Assembly: GCF_009914755.1 (NCBI RefSeq)
Contig: NC_060939.1
Direction: 5' to 3' (one strand)
DNA from: the human T2T-CHM13v2.0 reference genome, Homo sapiens
DNA length: 64,000 nucleotides
Notes under the pieces: generated by a model
What the model saw: the letters and a program-made list of their open reading frames with translations, nothing else
Told to the model about the DNA's origin: nothing
Database searches by the model: none
Shown here: positions 15,293 to 29,755 of the stretch, one piece after another
Layout of the letters: each line of letters starts with the position of its first letter
How positions within the stretch are numbered: the stretch's first letter is position 1
Translations under genes and position numbers: made by a program

Positions 15293-18200
15293 AAGACAAA
15301 ACTGTAGTTGTTTTTAGTTTAAAATAGTTTAAAAACAACTATTAGCACTCTCAATTTTCATTAATTATATCCATAACTTAAAAACTATTAAACCAATCTG
15401 GCCTGTTGAATCTCTGCGTAATTCTTCCAGCCATTCAGATTACATTAATTTGTAATATACCACCTTCCACAGGAGTTGTATTTCATATTTCATAACCCTC
15501 CCCCACAAACACGCACACAAATGGTAAATTTGTTAACTCTCTTTTCAAGGAACACACACTCTTACAACATGGATTACGCAACTATAGAGCAAGCCCATGA
15601 AACCTAAAGTACATTCCATGATACGTTACTTCACTGGGGGCATTAGTAGGTAGTCCATGAATGAAGGGTACAATATATAAATAACTTTGAGAAATGCTGG
15701 ACTGAGCAGACAGATTTACTTGCTGCAGGAATTTTCAAAGCTTTTAATATCCTAATATGTTTGTGAATCCCAAAGACAACGTTACAAATTGCAGCCAGCT
15801 CTCCAGATCACATTTGCTTCATCTTTCACTTATCCATCATATCCAATCAGATATTTAAGTTCCCTCTAGTTTCTTCCTCCTCCTTCCTTCTTCCCCACTG
15901 TGACCATCCAAGACTTTGTCCTGGTCTTTTTTATCTACCACCCTCCTACCTGACCACCTTGCCTTACTGCTCATCCCCCAGGTCAGTCTTCCACAACAGT
16001 CAGACTTCCACTGCAATCAGAAAACTGCAGCCCACAGACCAATGCCAAACAGTTTATTCATAGACCAATGCCTGTTTATTCATAGTTGATAAGCTAAGAA
16101 TAGTTTTACATGGTTATGTTTTAAACAGTTATATAAGCACCTACATAATATCATTTTGTGTCTTTTGCAAAGCCTAAAGTATGTACTATCTGGCCCTTTT
16201 AGAGAAAGTTGCTGACTCCTGCTTGACACCCCTGTCAGATGCATTTATCCTAAATCACCTGTACTTTTTATGGTTTCTTATCACAAGTTATAATGGCTCC
16301 TGCTTGTTTAGCCTCAATGACAGAAAACCATGAACAAGGAAAACCCTCTCACCAAGCAGGGAAGTGGGGTCCTTCTTTTAGGTTTTGGCAAAGAGAAAAA
16401 TTGTTGTCATCTGCTGACTCCAGTGCAAAATCAGGGAACACTAGAAGTATAGAAAGTCCCTTTCTGGGGATACAAAAATGTGCATGCACCAGAGAGTGGT
16501 AAACAGAAAGAATGACCAATTTTGTCAAAGCAGAATTACCAAACAGGAAGCAGAAGGTACAGGCAGTGATGCACTGACAAATGTCTCACAACTGGCTTTC
16601 CACTGAGATGCAGGAAAGATTTTAATTAGAGGTGAGAAGCCTTGATGTGTATCATGTGCCAATTTCCATGGTGTAAATGCTCCCACCACGCTTGTTTCAA
16701 GTTACAAATAAGACATCATGGAACAGAGTTGGGAAGAGACACACTCAATGGGCTTTCACCCTAATACAGCAGGAACAGAGCAGGAACCAAAGCAGGACCA
16801 AAAGGAGCAGAGTCCTGTTTCTCCGGGCTTCTGTACCCTGATCACTCAGGAGAAAGGCAAGCCACCCAGGATAGTGGTTAGAAATCAAGTCGACAGCTGA
16901 TCCTTGACACTAGCCCGAAGTTTGGGAAAGTATTTCATCTGCTCCCTTTGTGATACGACTTTTTTTCCTGGGGGCTGGGGAGGTCCACCTTGCTCCTATG
17001 CTGAAATTCCTTCCGCTTCTTTCACAATGAGGAAAGCTCTTGAGAAGGAAAGCAAGGAAATACACACTTATCCACCCCATAGGCCAAATGTCTGATGTCA
17101 GACCCTTTCCTCGGGTCATGTTTGGTTAGGAAGACGTAAAAAAATTTGAAAACAGTATATAAGAGGAGGCATCAGAAAGAGAAAATTAGAAGAAAGGGAA
17201 TTAACTACTATCAAGTGTTTGTTTTTTCATTAAGCAAGAGGTTCAGGGTTCCATCAACTTGGAAGGAATAAAATTCATCTTTATTTTCACTCTTTAACAA
17301 GTAGTTGGCATTTTCTTCATTTACAAATGTAGGTTATAAACCCACAATGTGATTTTGCCAACAATAGAAATGAGATATTTTCATGTACAGTGTTACAGTT
17401 TGGCAGGTAAATCAAAATATCATTTATGTGCTTCTTTACCTCAAAATTATCGTAGTTATCAGACCCTCAGCTTAATCTCTTAATTTTTAATACATGAACA
17501 AAGAAACATATTACATTCTAACACACATTTTAAAAAAACATTTTGATAAATGTATTATAGTGTTACCTTTGTAATTCCACATATTTTGTTTTATGAGTTT
17601 CAAGTACTTGTTCTAGGAGCCCATAGCCTTCACTAGACTGCCAACAAATATGGTCAATAAAAGATTGAAATCCCCATGAAAGACATTTTAAATATGTTAC
17701 TTTAACCATCACAATGATGCTATAAGTTTTCTTGTTCTCCTTTCACTGGTGGAAAAAAAAATTGAGTGTTAAAGAAGTTAAATGACGACCCCAAGCTTAT
17801 TCTGCCATTACATGGCAGGGCCAGTAATTGAACTCCAATTGGCTTGATGCTCTATTGCTCTTCCAGGCCCTTCACCCTTCTGATTGCTCCACTGGTAAAG
17901 GGAAGGAGGATTTGCTCAATGGTCTTGATCAGGCCCCAAGTCTCTGAAAAGGTCTTTTGGTTGCTACAAAGTCAAGAGCCCCAGAAAGCAGGCCAGCAGG
18001 ATGTTAACAGAATGGGCAGAAAAGTAGACTTTCAGTGCTACCATTATTCCTCCTGGAGTGGCTCAGCTAAATTAAGCCAGGCCTCAGTGACCCTGTCCTC
18101 CAGATGTGCTACAGGGACCTAGCCTATGTGCAAAGGCCTGGAGGGTGTATGCATCTCCATTATACAGACAGGTCCCATGGGTTTCGTTGCATACCTCAGC

Positions 18201-19049
18201 TCAGTGCCAGGGAGCAGGAACACTGTGAGAAGGAGGACTTCCAGGAGAAAAGATGGGGAGGAAATAAATTCTCTCTGAGCTTGTGCCTCTGCCCTGCAGA
18301 GTGACTTTACTTCTGTCCAACTATCATCTATTGGGTCCTCTATGCCAATATGGTGTGAAATAGTATTGAGATTCAAAAACAAACAAGTTATAGTTTCTAC
18401 CAACAGGAGCTCATGACTTAGGGGCAGTTACATGTCCTGTTAGGTACTTCCAGGATTCTTTGATGCTGATTCAGAAATCCCAGGGGAAGGCAGAGATGAA
18501 AACAATCTCAGGACAGTGAGATAAGAGGAACAATACATGGAAGTGCAACGAGGATGACAAAGAAGGATTTATACTGGTTACTTAGGAAAACAACAGAAGT
18601 GTTCACCAAGGGACTGAAAAGATGGATAGGAGTGTTCCCTACAGGGTGGAGGGTGGAACGGTGAACAGGTGGAGAGAAGACTGTGGACTAAAGCACAGCT
18701 TACTTTCAGCAAGAGTGCTGAGTTCAGATTCCCCCAAAGGCAGAGCTGAGGCAAAGACTTGAGTGCAGGTGGTTTATTTGAGAGGATGTGAAATTGAGGG
18801 AGTAGTGAAAATAAGACAGAGAAGGAAGAAAAGCCAGCAAAGAGTACATTTCTGAGTTGTTTACCACTGTAGGCAACAAGGGCTCAATGTACCAGGGGCC
18901 TGCTATGAAACCACATGGAACTCATCTCAGCACTGTTCCACTGGGGGAATGGGAGGCCAGAGTGGTTGAGATGAGGTTTGCTCTCAGGGAAGTTAACGCC
19001 ATCATACTTTTCACGTTCTGCCTGCATGCAGCTGAGTAGCCTTTGGTGG

Positions 19050-19212
19050 TTTCTCATGTCTTTCTCCTCTTATAAAGACACTAGTCCTAATGGATTCGAG
19101 CCTCATCCTGATGACCTCATTTAATCTTAATTATCACTGTAAAGGCTCTGTCTCCAAGTCAGTCAGGGCTTCAACATATAAATTTTATAGGAACACAATT
19201 CTGTCCATAACA
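19050..19212 (-). mobile_element. MaLR (MLT1) LTR fragment
   Basis: atgacctcatttaatcttaatta...gaacacaattctgtccataaca. Confidence 0.6.
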
Positions 19213-20477
19213 AGTGCCTTTATGAAAGGAAGGGAGAAAGAGCCATTTTAAGGGTCTAATTTCAGGATGTTGCTAGAAATAACTTGTATGTGTATTTACC
19301 GGGGCATGTTGCATGAGAAATCTGGCATAAAACACATTTCGTTGTCTGTACAGTGTTGTCTCTGTGAAAACAGTTAAATAAAAATGAAGAAAATTACTTG
19401 TCTTTCCATTCTTCCCTAACCCCTTCCTCAAGAGAGATGAGCCATCTTTAAGGAGGCCAGCATCCATCTAACAATTGTTGACTCAGTAAAATCTCTTCTA
19501 AACAATAGTGGCACCTTGGGATGAGTGACTTTTGACCTTCCATAGCCTCCAATAACCCTCAAGTCATGCGTGTCAAGTACTCATATACCCTAAATAAAAA
19601 CAGTGAACCTACTACAAGCGAAGAGTTTCAAAATACATTTCCTCTCACCTCTTTCCAGTTAGAACACCACTTCTAAAGCCGAAACTGACAAAAGACCTCA
19701 AGCCATTGCTGTTTTCAATCAACTGTTATTCATAATACCAGTAATACCAGACAAGCATTCTGTTCAGAATAGAAGATTGAATGCATGGAGTTATCTCTCT
19801 ACAACATTCCATTAAAAGTCCCATTAAAATTCCAATGATTGTAATAAAGAAGTTAAAAAGTGAACAAATCCATATTAGCACCGACAATGGGGAGGACAGA
19901 AGAAGCACCAGCAGATCTGAAAGTTTAGCAAAGTAATGGGAGAGAGAAAACATATGGAATCATATCGACAGATAAAACAGGATGAGGAAGCTGTATTGAG
20001 AGAGTAACCTCACTTGTGTACATACTCTGCCTCATGCCTTTAAGTGAAACCTGTTAACTGCTATGACCCACAGAACTTACAGACAGCAAGAAGGAAAGAA
20101 GGAAATTTCCCAGAACTAAGGTCCCAAACACTTGGGATGAAAGGCCCAGGCCCACCAAATGCTGAGCAAAATGAGAAGGACACATCCTCATAAACCATGA
20201 GCACACCAAGCAGGGCTATGCCTCTGGATGTACAGGCTTTACTCTGCGCAAAAGCTCCCAGCCAAAGGGTTGAGTGGAGATCAAATCCAACCCACACTTA
20301 CCAAGCCAGGCTCTCTGGTGCAGAGCTGCACCCACCTAGAGCAAGGACACTTTTTGTACTCCACATAAATATGTCATAACAGCAACCCTACCGCCAAGGG
20401 AAAATAAAGTGTCCTAAATCTTATAGAGAAAGCGAAAAATTTAAAAAACGGATTTTTATAAGAATACCATGGATCAT

Positions 20478-20892
20478 TGCTATGGTAGACATAGAGATGC
20501 ACTACCTTGATCCCCTTTCAAGGAACACCTGCTACCCGATGCATGGACTACAGTGAGCAGAGCCTCCAGCTGTCAGCTCCTTCAGGGTCAGCTTCAGCCA
20601 CCTCTCCCAAGGTCATTCCCTTCCCAGAGCAGCCTGTATCTGGTGTCAGAGAGAAGGAGGGCATAAAGGTTCAACCATTTCTGCCCAGCAAATAATATCC
20701 ATGGGTATTATGCATACCCATGACCCAGAGCACCTGCCATGTCGGCTGAGGCATTTTCAAGCCTGTGTTTCAGTTCAACTGCTCAGTCAGCCCAATCTTG
20801 CTGTTGCCGCCTTCCTTTCACAGGTGTTGATCCTTAATAAATATTTTGTTCCCTAAACTCCATCTCTACTTCTGGAGAACTCAACCTGCAGC
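20478..20892 (+). mobile_element. ERVL LTR (LTR16-like)
   Basis: 3' end gttgatccttaataaat...ctccatctc...tggagaactcaacctgcagca. Confidence 0.5.
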
Positions 20893-21232
20893 AAATGGCT
20901 TCAATGCTCTGGAGGAAAAGTAACCGTAAATCTCTAGTCTTAGACAAAAACTTGTTACTCAAATGTGAAGGCTGAATATTAAATCATGTGAGACTCAGAG
21001 ATGTCTCCTTATACACCCTGAGGGGGAAAAAAATACTTGAGGATAAACTTGAGACCAAAAGAAAAACAAAAACAAATAAAACAGAAACCATGAAAACAGT
21101 AGGCCAAAGTGACTAGTTTTGAAAATAAAAACCAGAGACAGAACTATGCAATTGGCTGTGACAAATAAAAAGCCCCAACAACATTTAGATCGAGTTCCAA
21201 GAAAAAAGTCTCCATTAAAAAGTAGATTCCAG

Positions 21233-21512
21233 GGCCGGGCGCGGTGGTTCATGCCTGTAATCCCAGCACTTTGGGAGGCCGAGGTGGGCAGATCATGAGG
21301 TCAGGAGTTCGAGATCTGTCTGGCCAACATGGTGAAACCCCGCCTCTACTAAAAATACAAAAACTAGCTGGGCATGGTGGCAGGCACTTGTAATCACAGC
21401 TACTGGGGAGGCTGAGGCAGGAGAATCATTTGAACCCAGGAGGCGGAGGTTGCAGTGAGCTGAGATCATGCCATTGTATTCCAGCCTGGGTGACAGAGCG
21501 AGACTACATCTC

Positions 21513-21540
<28 letters not shown>
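21233..21540 (+). mobile_element. AluS SINE
   Basis: Full Alu; TSD aaaaagtagattcca. Confidence 0.92.
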
Positions 21541-21544
<4 letters not shown>

Positions 21545-24500
21545 GATTCCAATTTGATAGGTAATGTGATGAAGCAGGAACATCTTTGTAAAATGGTGAA
21601 GAATTTGTTTCTTTTCCATAAGAAAAATGAAAGAAAATTAGAAACTTTGGACCAAAACAAAATCTATACAAAAAGCTACAAATATGAAGCAAATTCATAT
21701 GTCATGTTTTTGAGATGCTGAAGCAAACTGAAATAAGTTTGGGTGTTGAGAAAGCATTGGCTGTAAGCTGCACATGCTCTGTGCTATTTCTCATCTCAGA
21801 AGGGCAAGTCACTCTATTTGGTCTTGGGGTGAATAATATATAATCATTATATTGCTAATGACTTGCATTGGTGCTTGATTTTTGAATTCAAGCTACAGGC
21901 AAAGCATATTTATAAAATAGAATGAAAAAGTAATAAACCTTGATGATGTTTAATGATGTTGTTGGAAGACTTTGAGAATTGGTAAGAGGAAAAGTGAAAA
22001 TTCAGGGCTTCTAATTTCATCTTACATTTCTCATAGCAGCAAATCAAATTTGTTTCAAGTTAATGGATCAAGATGTAGCATTTGATGTATACTTTTTACA
22101 ACTATTAACATACCAATAGAAGAACCCGAACTAATAATATAAAAAATAGGATGAGGGAAGAGAAAATGGGAGAAGACAGTTCTTTATCACTCATAACAGG
22201 GAGTCTATAACTGATGTTTAAAATTAATAATTGGAGAAACAAAGATTTCACATACTATTTAGAATTATATAGGTAACCACTGGAAGAATTAAAAGCAGAA
22301 AGGGCTCATCTGTGGGAAGTGGGTCAGAGGAGAAAAGGGATGGGACAAGGAACAGTTGATTTTCATTGTATGTGCTTCTGCACTGTTTGCATTTAAATTT
22401 CTGTGTGTATAAACATTTCACCTGGCTTCTGTTCTTCCTCTGCCCCTTGGACAACCTCTCATTTGTTACTGTCTTAACTCTGATGTTTCTGTCACCTTCA
22501 GAGCAGTTTCCCCTTGTGTCTACCTGTTCCACATAGTGCAATCCCAGGACCCAGGAAAGAGATAGCTCAGCCCTCCATTACCCCCTCTCCTAGGTACCAG
22601 CCTCTGCCTGATAGGAGAGGAGTAGCTAACAAAACCTTGCCTCCCTAAGTGGCTTACAAATGCCTTCATTAACTCCCTCTGTGTACCTAGAAAGTCCAGT
22701 ATAATCATACACGCATGGACCAATTCATAGTTCTCGACTGCACTGAATCAGTTACCAGTCATGTGACGTTAAGCAGGCCACTTTCACCTCTTGGGATCTG
22801 TTTCCTCATCTGTAAAATGAACAAGAATAAAATCCAGCCTTCTGTGTCAATGATCAATTTAGTCCACGTGGGTAGACAAGATTTAAGACATACCCCTTGA
22901 AAAAGAAATTATAGATCTTAAAGACATTTCAATATTCATCTAATCACAAGTCTGAGTAGGATGTGAAAAAAGGTTTTTGGCAGCTGACTAGACACTGGAG
23001 CATTTTTCTGTGTCACCTGGAAGATCCAGCAGAGTAAACTTTGCCTGGACTGAATATTTTTGAGCTGTGTGAGCTGGAACAGGCCACTTCACTAATCTGA
23101 TTCTCAGTTTCCTCATCCACAAGATGATAGAAACATAACAGATGTTCTTTGGAGACCCTGAGCAAGTCTAGGGATGTGGAAGGCTGCGGAAGGCTGCCTG
23201 GCTTGAGCATCTTAACAGCGCCCAAGTTTATGGTTCAGCAGTGCAGCCCCGGCAGTCCAAGAAAGAAACAACACCATCTTCTCTGCCCCCAGAATTTCCA
23301 AGATCTCTGCTAAATCTGACCCAAAGAAACAAGATGGTGCTTCTGGCCACTTCTCTTACTGATCCTTTGCCTCATGTCCTGGATTTGCTCTTTATCTGCT
23401 TCATTGGATTCAGTGTCTTAGGCCATCCCTCCTTCCCTAGCCACCTTTTCCCAGAAGAGGAGTACCAGTTCTGTGCCCTATGCCCCACAGCCTTGGGTCA
23501 GCCACAGGGTCACTCTGGATAGTGAAGTTCTGAATAACCCTACTATTAAATTAAAGTGATTTTTCAAGCAATGAGTTGTAGTAAAATCCCCACCCAAAGA
23601 AATCCACAAGTGAAACACCCAATACATAATTGGTATTATCATTAAAGGTTGAAAATCAGTCATCAATGAGGAATGCAACAATTATTTGGAACTAAATCTC
23701 CACCAGCACATGGGGACCAGGAAAGCTGTCTGGCACAGCATCAGGGAGTCATTCGGCCTGGAGAGCTCATTGCACTGACAAATGAGAATTAGATCCTAAT
23801 TATCCCATTGGCAGGTTTCCGATATTTTAATATACTTTCTACCACTGTCACACTGTCAAAACAATCATTTGCCTCCTTAAGCAGGTGTCAGGCATTGTAA
23901 AGTGTGTATGTCCTTGTAAAATTAAACAGGAAACTTTCTGAAATTGGAGATGTAATCTGGGGCCCTAATTATAGCATACATAGATACCTAAAGTCAGGAG
24001 GCAAAGAGAAAGGAACACTGATTTTCCTTTTTCTCTTTTTTTCCCCTGAGGCACTGAAGTCTGAGTCCACACACAGGTGAAGGTAAATTACGCCACCTGA
24101 GTATCAGGGAGGGATTCCAAGCCGTTTTTCCTGCCATCCTTGCCTCTTAGCCAACATTGGTTATAAACATGTATTAATTTTCTCTGCACAATCTGTAGAG
24201 TTAACCTATCTTGTCTCCTTTGACTCTCAACAATAGCTCCGTAAGTTCAGCCAGGCAGCACCTTTGTGCCATTTTATAGCTGCACAAACTGACTAATGAG
24301 TGGTGCTTCAAGCCGCCTGATTCTAATAAACCTGTTTCTTCTACGTCCCCTCCACCCCCCCCCCCCCCACCCCCGCCGCCGTGTAGCTGCCTTTCTTCCT
24401 GGTCCAGTAACTAAACCTCTGCTGGAATTACCTCGAGGTTCACGTTCCTGTTGCTGTTTCGTGGACTCTGAGACTCTTGGACAGGTGGTCAGGAGGTGAA

Positions 24501-24869
24501 ACTGGCAGCCACCAACACAGGGCCCCGTGAGCTATTCACAAATAGACATTGTATTAATGCTGAATGACTGATTGACCAAAGTAATAGCACCAGGAAAGGC
24601 TCCCCAAATTCAAGGAGTACTGAACTCAACAGATGTTAGTTCGTAGCCTACTATGGACAAAGCATTGTGTACAATGCAGGGGTGTTATACATGAAAGAAG
24701 GCAAGATTTCTTCCCTCAAGAAGCTCACATTTGAGTCAAGAAGATAGATATGCTCTTATTTTCTAAAAATTAGGCAACCATTTTGAAGGTATAAAGTGCT
24801 CGAAAACCAAACGGGAAAGGACATCATCACAGGTTGGGGTCAAGAGACTTCATAGGAGATAAAATATGA

Positions 24870-25174
24870 GGCCGGGCGCGTGGTTTACACCTGTAATCCC
24901 AGCACTTTGGGAGGCCGAGGCGGGTGGATCACGAGGTCAGGAGATCGAGACCATCCTGGCTAACACGGTGAAACCCCGTCTCTACTAAAAATATAAAAAA
25001 TTAGCCGGGCGTGGTGGCGGGCGCCTGTAGTCCCCGCTACTCAGGAAGCTAAGGCAGGAGAATGGCATGAACCCGGGATGCAGAGGTTGCAGTGAGCAGA
25101 GATCGCGCCACTGCACTCCAGCCTGGGCGACACAGCGAGACTCCATCTCAAAAAAAAAAAAAAAAAAAAAAAAA
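24870..25174 (+). mobile_element. AluY SINE
   Basis: CpG-rich full Alu with long A-tail. Confidence 0.92.
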
Positions 25175-25334
25175 GAGATGGTTCTTGAAAGACAAGGAAG
25201 TTGTTGACAGATGGTAGTGGGGGAAAGGATGGTACTTTCTGCTCAGTGATACACTCTCAATACTGGTTGACCCCTTCTCAGATGGAAACCTTCCCTGGAC
25301 CCCCAAATCTGGGCACTCCATCGCATACTGAGAC

Positions 25335-25710
25335 TGTATTAGTTTGTTCTCACACTGCTATGAAGAAATACCTGAGACTGGGTAATTTATAAATAAAAGA
25401 GGCTTAATTGGCTCACAGTTCCACATTGCTGGGGAAGCCTCAGAAAACCTCCAGTCATGGCAGAAGGTGAAGAAGAAGCAGGCACCTTCCTCACAGGGTG
25501 GCAGGACAGAGTAAGTGCAAGCAGCAGAACTGCCAAGTGCTTATAAAACCAACAGATCTCATGAGACTTACTCACTATCACGAGAACAGGATGGGAGAAA
25601 CCACGCCCATGATCCAATGACCTCCACCTGGTCCTGCCTCTGACACGTGGGGATGATGGGAATTATAATTCAAGATGAGATTTGGATGGGGACACAGTCA
25701 AACCATATCA
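25335..25710 (-). mobile_element. THE1-family (MaLR) solo LTR
   Basis: 376 bp, TG...CA ends, 5-bp TSD GAGAC on both sides; THE1/MST consensus motifs. Confidence 0.88.
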
Positions 25711-27374
25711 GAGACCAAACCCCTGCTCACCCTTCCCCTTTTCTCTCCCACCCCATGCCTCCCTGGAGGTTTCTTTTGATAGCACCCCCTCAAAAAATCC
25801 CATAAACCCAGATCCTTGTGTCAAGCTCTTGGATATAAGCCAGTTACCTAAGAAGCTCTTCTGGAGCTGCATTTCCTCACCTGTAAAACCCTGATAATAC
25901 ATCACAAGTGGCTGTGAAAACAAGGTGATGTAGTTTTAAGTTCCTTGTATAATTCTGGGTTCAATAAATCATGGCAAGGATTTTTTTTCTTCTTTACATT
26001 TCAAGAGAATTTCTGGTCTCTGGGATATGAAACAAAGAGACCCCAGGTAGCACCATCAGGTGTCAGCAGCAGCTGAGGGACTAGAGCAACTAGGAGTTTG
26101 TAAATGCAGGAGGCGCCAATCAGCCCACGCCTACTGATGGGCCAGTCAGGACTTGTGCCAACCAAGTGCACTTTGTACCCAATTTACCACAACTGGTGGG
26201 GGCAGGGAGCTGGAGAGGAGGTGGTGGAAGGGGACAGGTGGCAGGGCAGTGGGGTGCCATTGGAGGAGTTTCAATTCAGTATATTTGTAGGTTAGCGTTG
26301 CTGTTTACCTTTTAAGCAGAAGGGCAAACAGATAGTCTACCAGATAAAATCGCTCTCTCTGAAATATTGCTTCCTGACTCCACTGTTTCATCTCCATTGG
26401 CTTCTGCTTCCCTCTACCCTCTCCTTTCAGGCTGGCTTCCCACAATCACTGCAGGGTGAGCCCGAGTTGATGAGGGCACCTGGCTTTGGCAGCAGCTCAT
26501 CAAAGCTAGAGTTCAGGTGTGTTTCTAGGATTTAATTAAGCTAGAAATGAAATCCAGCCCTGCAGTGGCTCATCCTCTTTATTATCACATTTCTTACTGC
26601 TTGTCAGGCCACAATGACTGCAGGTCTTGAAAAAGAAGAAGCGGCATGTTTCCTAGGCAGGGCTCAGTTAATCTATTTCACATGGCATTTCAGGTACATT
26701 CCTCCATTTTAGGATGGGAGAAAAAGTATTCTCAGGGATCTTTCTGGGGAAAGGGATCACTTTTACATGAATAAAGGTAATTCTTGTTATAATATGTGCC
26801 CACTATAAAAAAGTATAAGATATAACAGAATGTTAAAAATCACTTGTAATCTTACCAGCTAGAGATAAACATGGCTAGTATTATATCTCCTTCCTGCCAA
26901 GTTACAGGTTGTAAAAGAGAGAGTAAAAGAAAGAGTTCTGATGCTGTAGAAGGGGGGGTTCTGGTTCACTGTATAAACAAATCATATTTTTCACTTATAT
27001 ATATACTCACTAACATTGATTTATATAGGACACTCATTCACTAAGATCAATGTTCCCCCACTTTCAAACAGTGTGGAACTAGAAAAAAAGATCAGGACTT
27101 AAAGGAATTTTCATGCTCAGTAATACTAGACTATCACATTGCAGTCATGTTTTCTGTCCTAGTAACATATTCTATAGTCTCTCAGATTAATCAAATGAGA
27201 TGAGGGGATTTATACACTGCTGTGCACTGAGAAGGGGGCTTAACAATCTCCCAAAGTAATATCATTTGACATTTGTTGCTATTTGACTGCAACTGCAAAA
27301 GGTATTCATTTTTTAGCCTGATTTGTGTTCTGCGGGTGGCAGTCCCCTTCATGTCCCCTTAGTGTGGTGAAGTT

Positions 27375-27393
27375 TGGCAGCTAGATGGCACTG
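27375..27393 (+). promoter_or_regulatory. Candidate CTCF motif
   Basis: TGGCAGCTAGATGGCACTG resembles the CTCF consensus TGGCCACCAGRKGGCRCTA. Confidence 0.35.
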
Positions 27394-28355
27394 ACCTTTC
27401 TCACTCTGGAAATGTGATTGCTTTCACAATGATTGCGTAGAAACACTTAGCAAATCTCACACTGTTAACTCCACCCCACACCCGCAATGTTGGCATTTTC
27501 TGACTGTCAGGTGGCATTAGCCAGCTGAAAACTCACTAAGATGAGGAAGCTGTGCTGAGTTAATAACTTCTGAGATAGTCATTTAGTCAGTTTTCATGAA
27601 ATTAATAAGTTCCACCTTGGCAATGGTAAAAGTCACAAAATCATGAACTGTCAAAGATGGAAGGAACCTTCAAGAACTCGTAGTTCAACACCTTCATTTT
27701 ACAAGTAAAGGGAAATGAGCACTAAAAAAAGGAAGGGATTTTTGTTTTTAAGATCGTAGAGCTAGGATGGAGTAGTGGTTTTCAACCTGTGTGGTGACAG
27801 CTTAGATCTAAATGGAATTCTGCATGCATAACTGCAATATATATGAAACATCTCAGAAAGAAGCACCGTGATTGAAGCAGGGTGGGAATCCATAACCTCA
27901 CCCACTCCTTGTCCATCTCAGCTCTCAGATACCTTGGGGAAGCCCTGAGTCTCCATGAGGCACAGATCAAACCACTTTCTTATGGCATGCTGGCTTCAGT
28001 TACATTTCTCACACCTCCAAATGCTCTTTATGTGAACAAATAATCTCTTTTAGACTGATAAATAATTCCAAATGTAAAAGTGTGATCTCAGTTCTCTCAT
28101 TTGCTAAAGGAAGACAATAATGATCTCTGCCACAGCAAAGGAAATATCCATTAGAAGTTGAAAAGATAATGAAAATGAGTAGACATTGTGATCTCCTCCC
28201 TCAGCATCAATTTCAGCCCTGGTCCACTGTAGAACTGCTATGTGGTTTAGGCAGGCACTGACGCCAGCTCCAGCTTCAAGGTGGTCCAGCACTGGTCTAA
28301 AGCAGTTAGCTATAGGTAACCACTGAATTGGTAAATGTCAATAGTAGGGTAACTA

Positions 28356-29215
28356 TATGATAGTTAATTTTGTAAGTCAAGTTGACCGGGCAACAAAGAT
28401 GCCCAGGTATTTGGTTAAATGTTTTTTCTGAATATGTCATTTCTGGATGATAGTAACATTTGAATCAGGAGACTGAGCTCTCATCCAACCTGATGAAAAC
28501 TTAAATAAAATAAAAGGATGAGTAAGAAAGAATTTTTTTGTGTCTCTGACTGTCTTCAAGCTGGGACATTGGTCTTCTCCTGCCTTTAGACATGGACTCA
28601 GACTGGAACTTACACCATTGACTCTCCTGGTTTTCAGAGTTAGACTTGAAATGGAACTTACAGCATCAGCTTTCCTGGTTCTCAGGCCTTTCGTCTCAAA
28701 ATTTAACTATACCATCAGCCTCTTGCGTCTGGACTTCTCAGCCTCCATAATCATATTATGAACCAATTCTTTTTTTTTTTTTTTTTTTTGAGACAGAGTC
28801 TCGCTTTGTCTCCCAGGCTGGAGTGCAGTGGCGCGATCTCGGCTCACTGAAAGCTCCACCTCCCGGGTTCATGTCATTCTCCTGTCTCAGCCTCCCGAGT
28901 AGCTGGGACTACAGGCACCCGCCACCACGCCCAGCTAATTTTTTTTTGTATTTTTAATAGAGATGGGGTTTCACTGTGTCAGCCAGGATGGTCTCAATCT
29001 CCTGATCTCGTGATCCACCCGCCTTGGCCTCCCAAAGTGCTGGGATTATAGGTGTGAGCCACTGCACCCAGCTGAGCCAATTCTTTATAGTAAATCTAGA
29101 TAGATAGATAGATAGATAGACAGATAGATACATAGATACATAGAGACATATAGGGATATATACATGCATATACGTTCTATTGGTTCTGTTTCTCTGGAGA
29201 ATGCAGATTGATTCA
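28356..29215 (+). mobile_element. MLT2 (ERVL) solo LTR interrupted by an AluY and containing a (GATA)n repeat
   Basis: Start tgatagttaattttgtaagtcaagttgac; end tctattggttctgtttctctggagaa. Confidence 0.75.
28770..29073 (-). mobile_element. AluY SINE
   Basis: Reverse Alu; TSD ga(a/g)ccaattct. Confidence 0.92.
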
Positions 29216-29755
29216 AGGAACAAACACGGACCTTAGTTTGGGCAAATCAAACAAGGTTTACTAATTGAAAAAGTACAGAAGGAAGTCAGAGTGGTAAAAA
29301 TATACAGCAGAGAGGTCAATGCTGCTCTCCAAAGGAGTTATAAAATTCCCAACAATAGACCCACAGTTGCAAATGATAACTTTGAGAGAGGATCACATTA
29401 GACTTTCTAGACACCCAACTATCCCCCTCTGTTAATAAGGGTGGACTTGCCCTGCATGTTAGGTAGCCTGAATAAATATTGGGATGCCCTCATTTGGGTC
29501 AGTTGCACACCATTACTTTTGGGACTATACGATTTATGATAAAACTAAAGTTGGTGTCCAGCTCAGTACAATATACTTGGACATAAACATAGCCTTATTC
29601 ATCATTCTCAGCCTTCCCAAGCTAATATAGCCTGGTCCAGTGACTCTCTGAAGTAAAGATTGTCAAATCAAAAGGAGCTCTGTTACCCAGGTATCCTTAC
29701 CAGTCAGCTAATAATGTCCATGCAATAGAGTTGTTATAAGGTATAAATAAAATAC

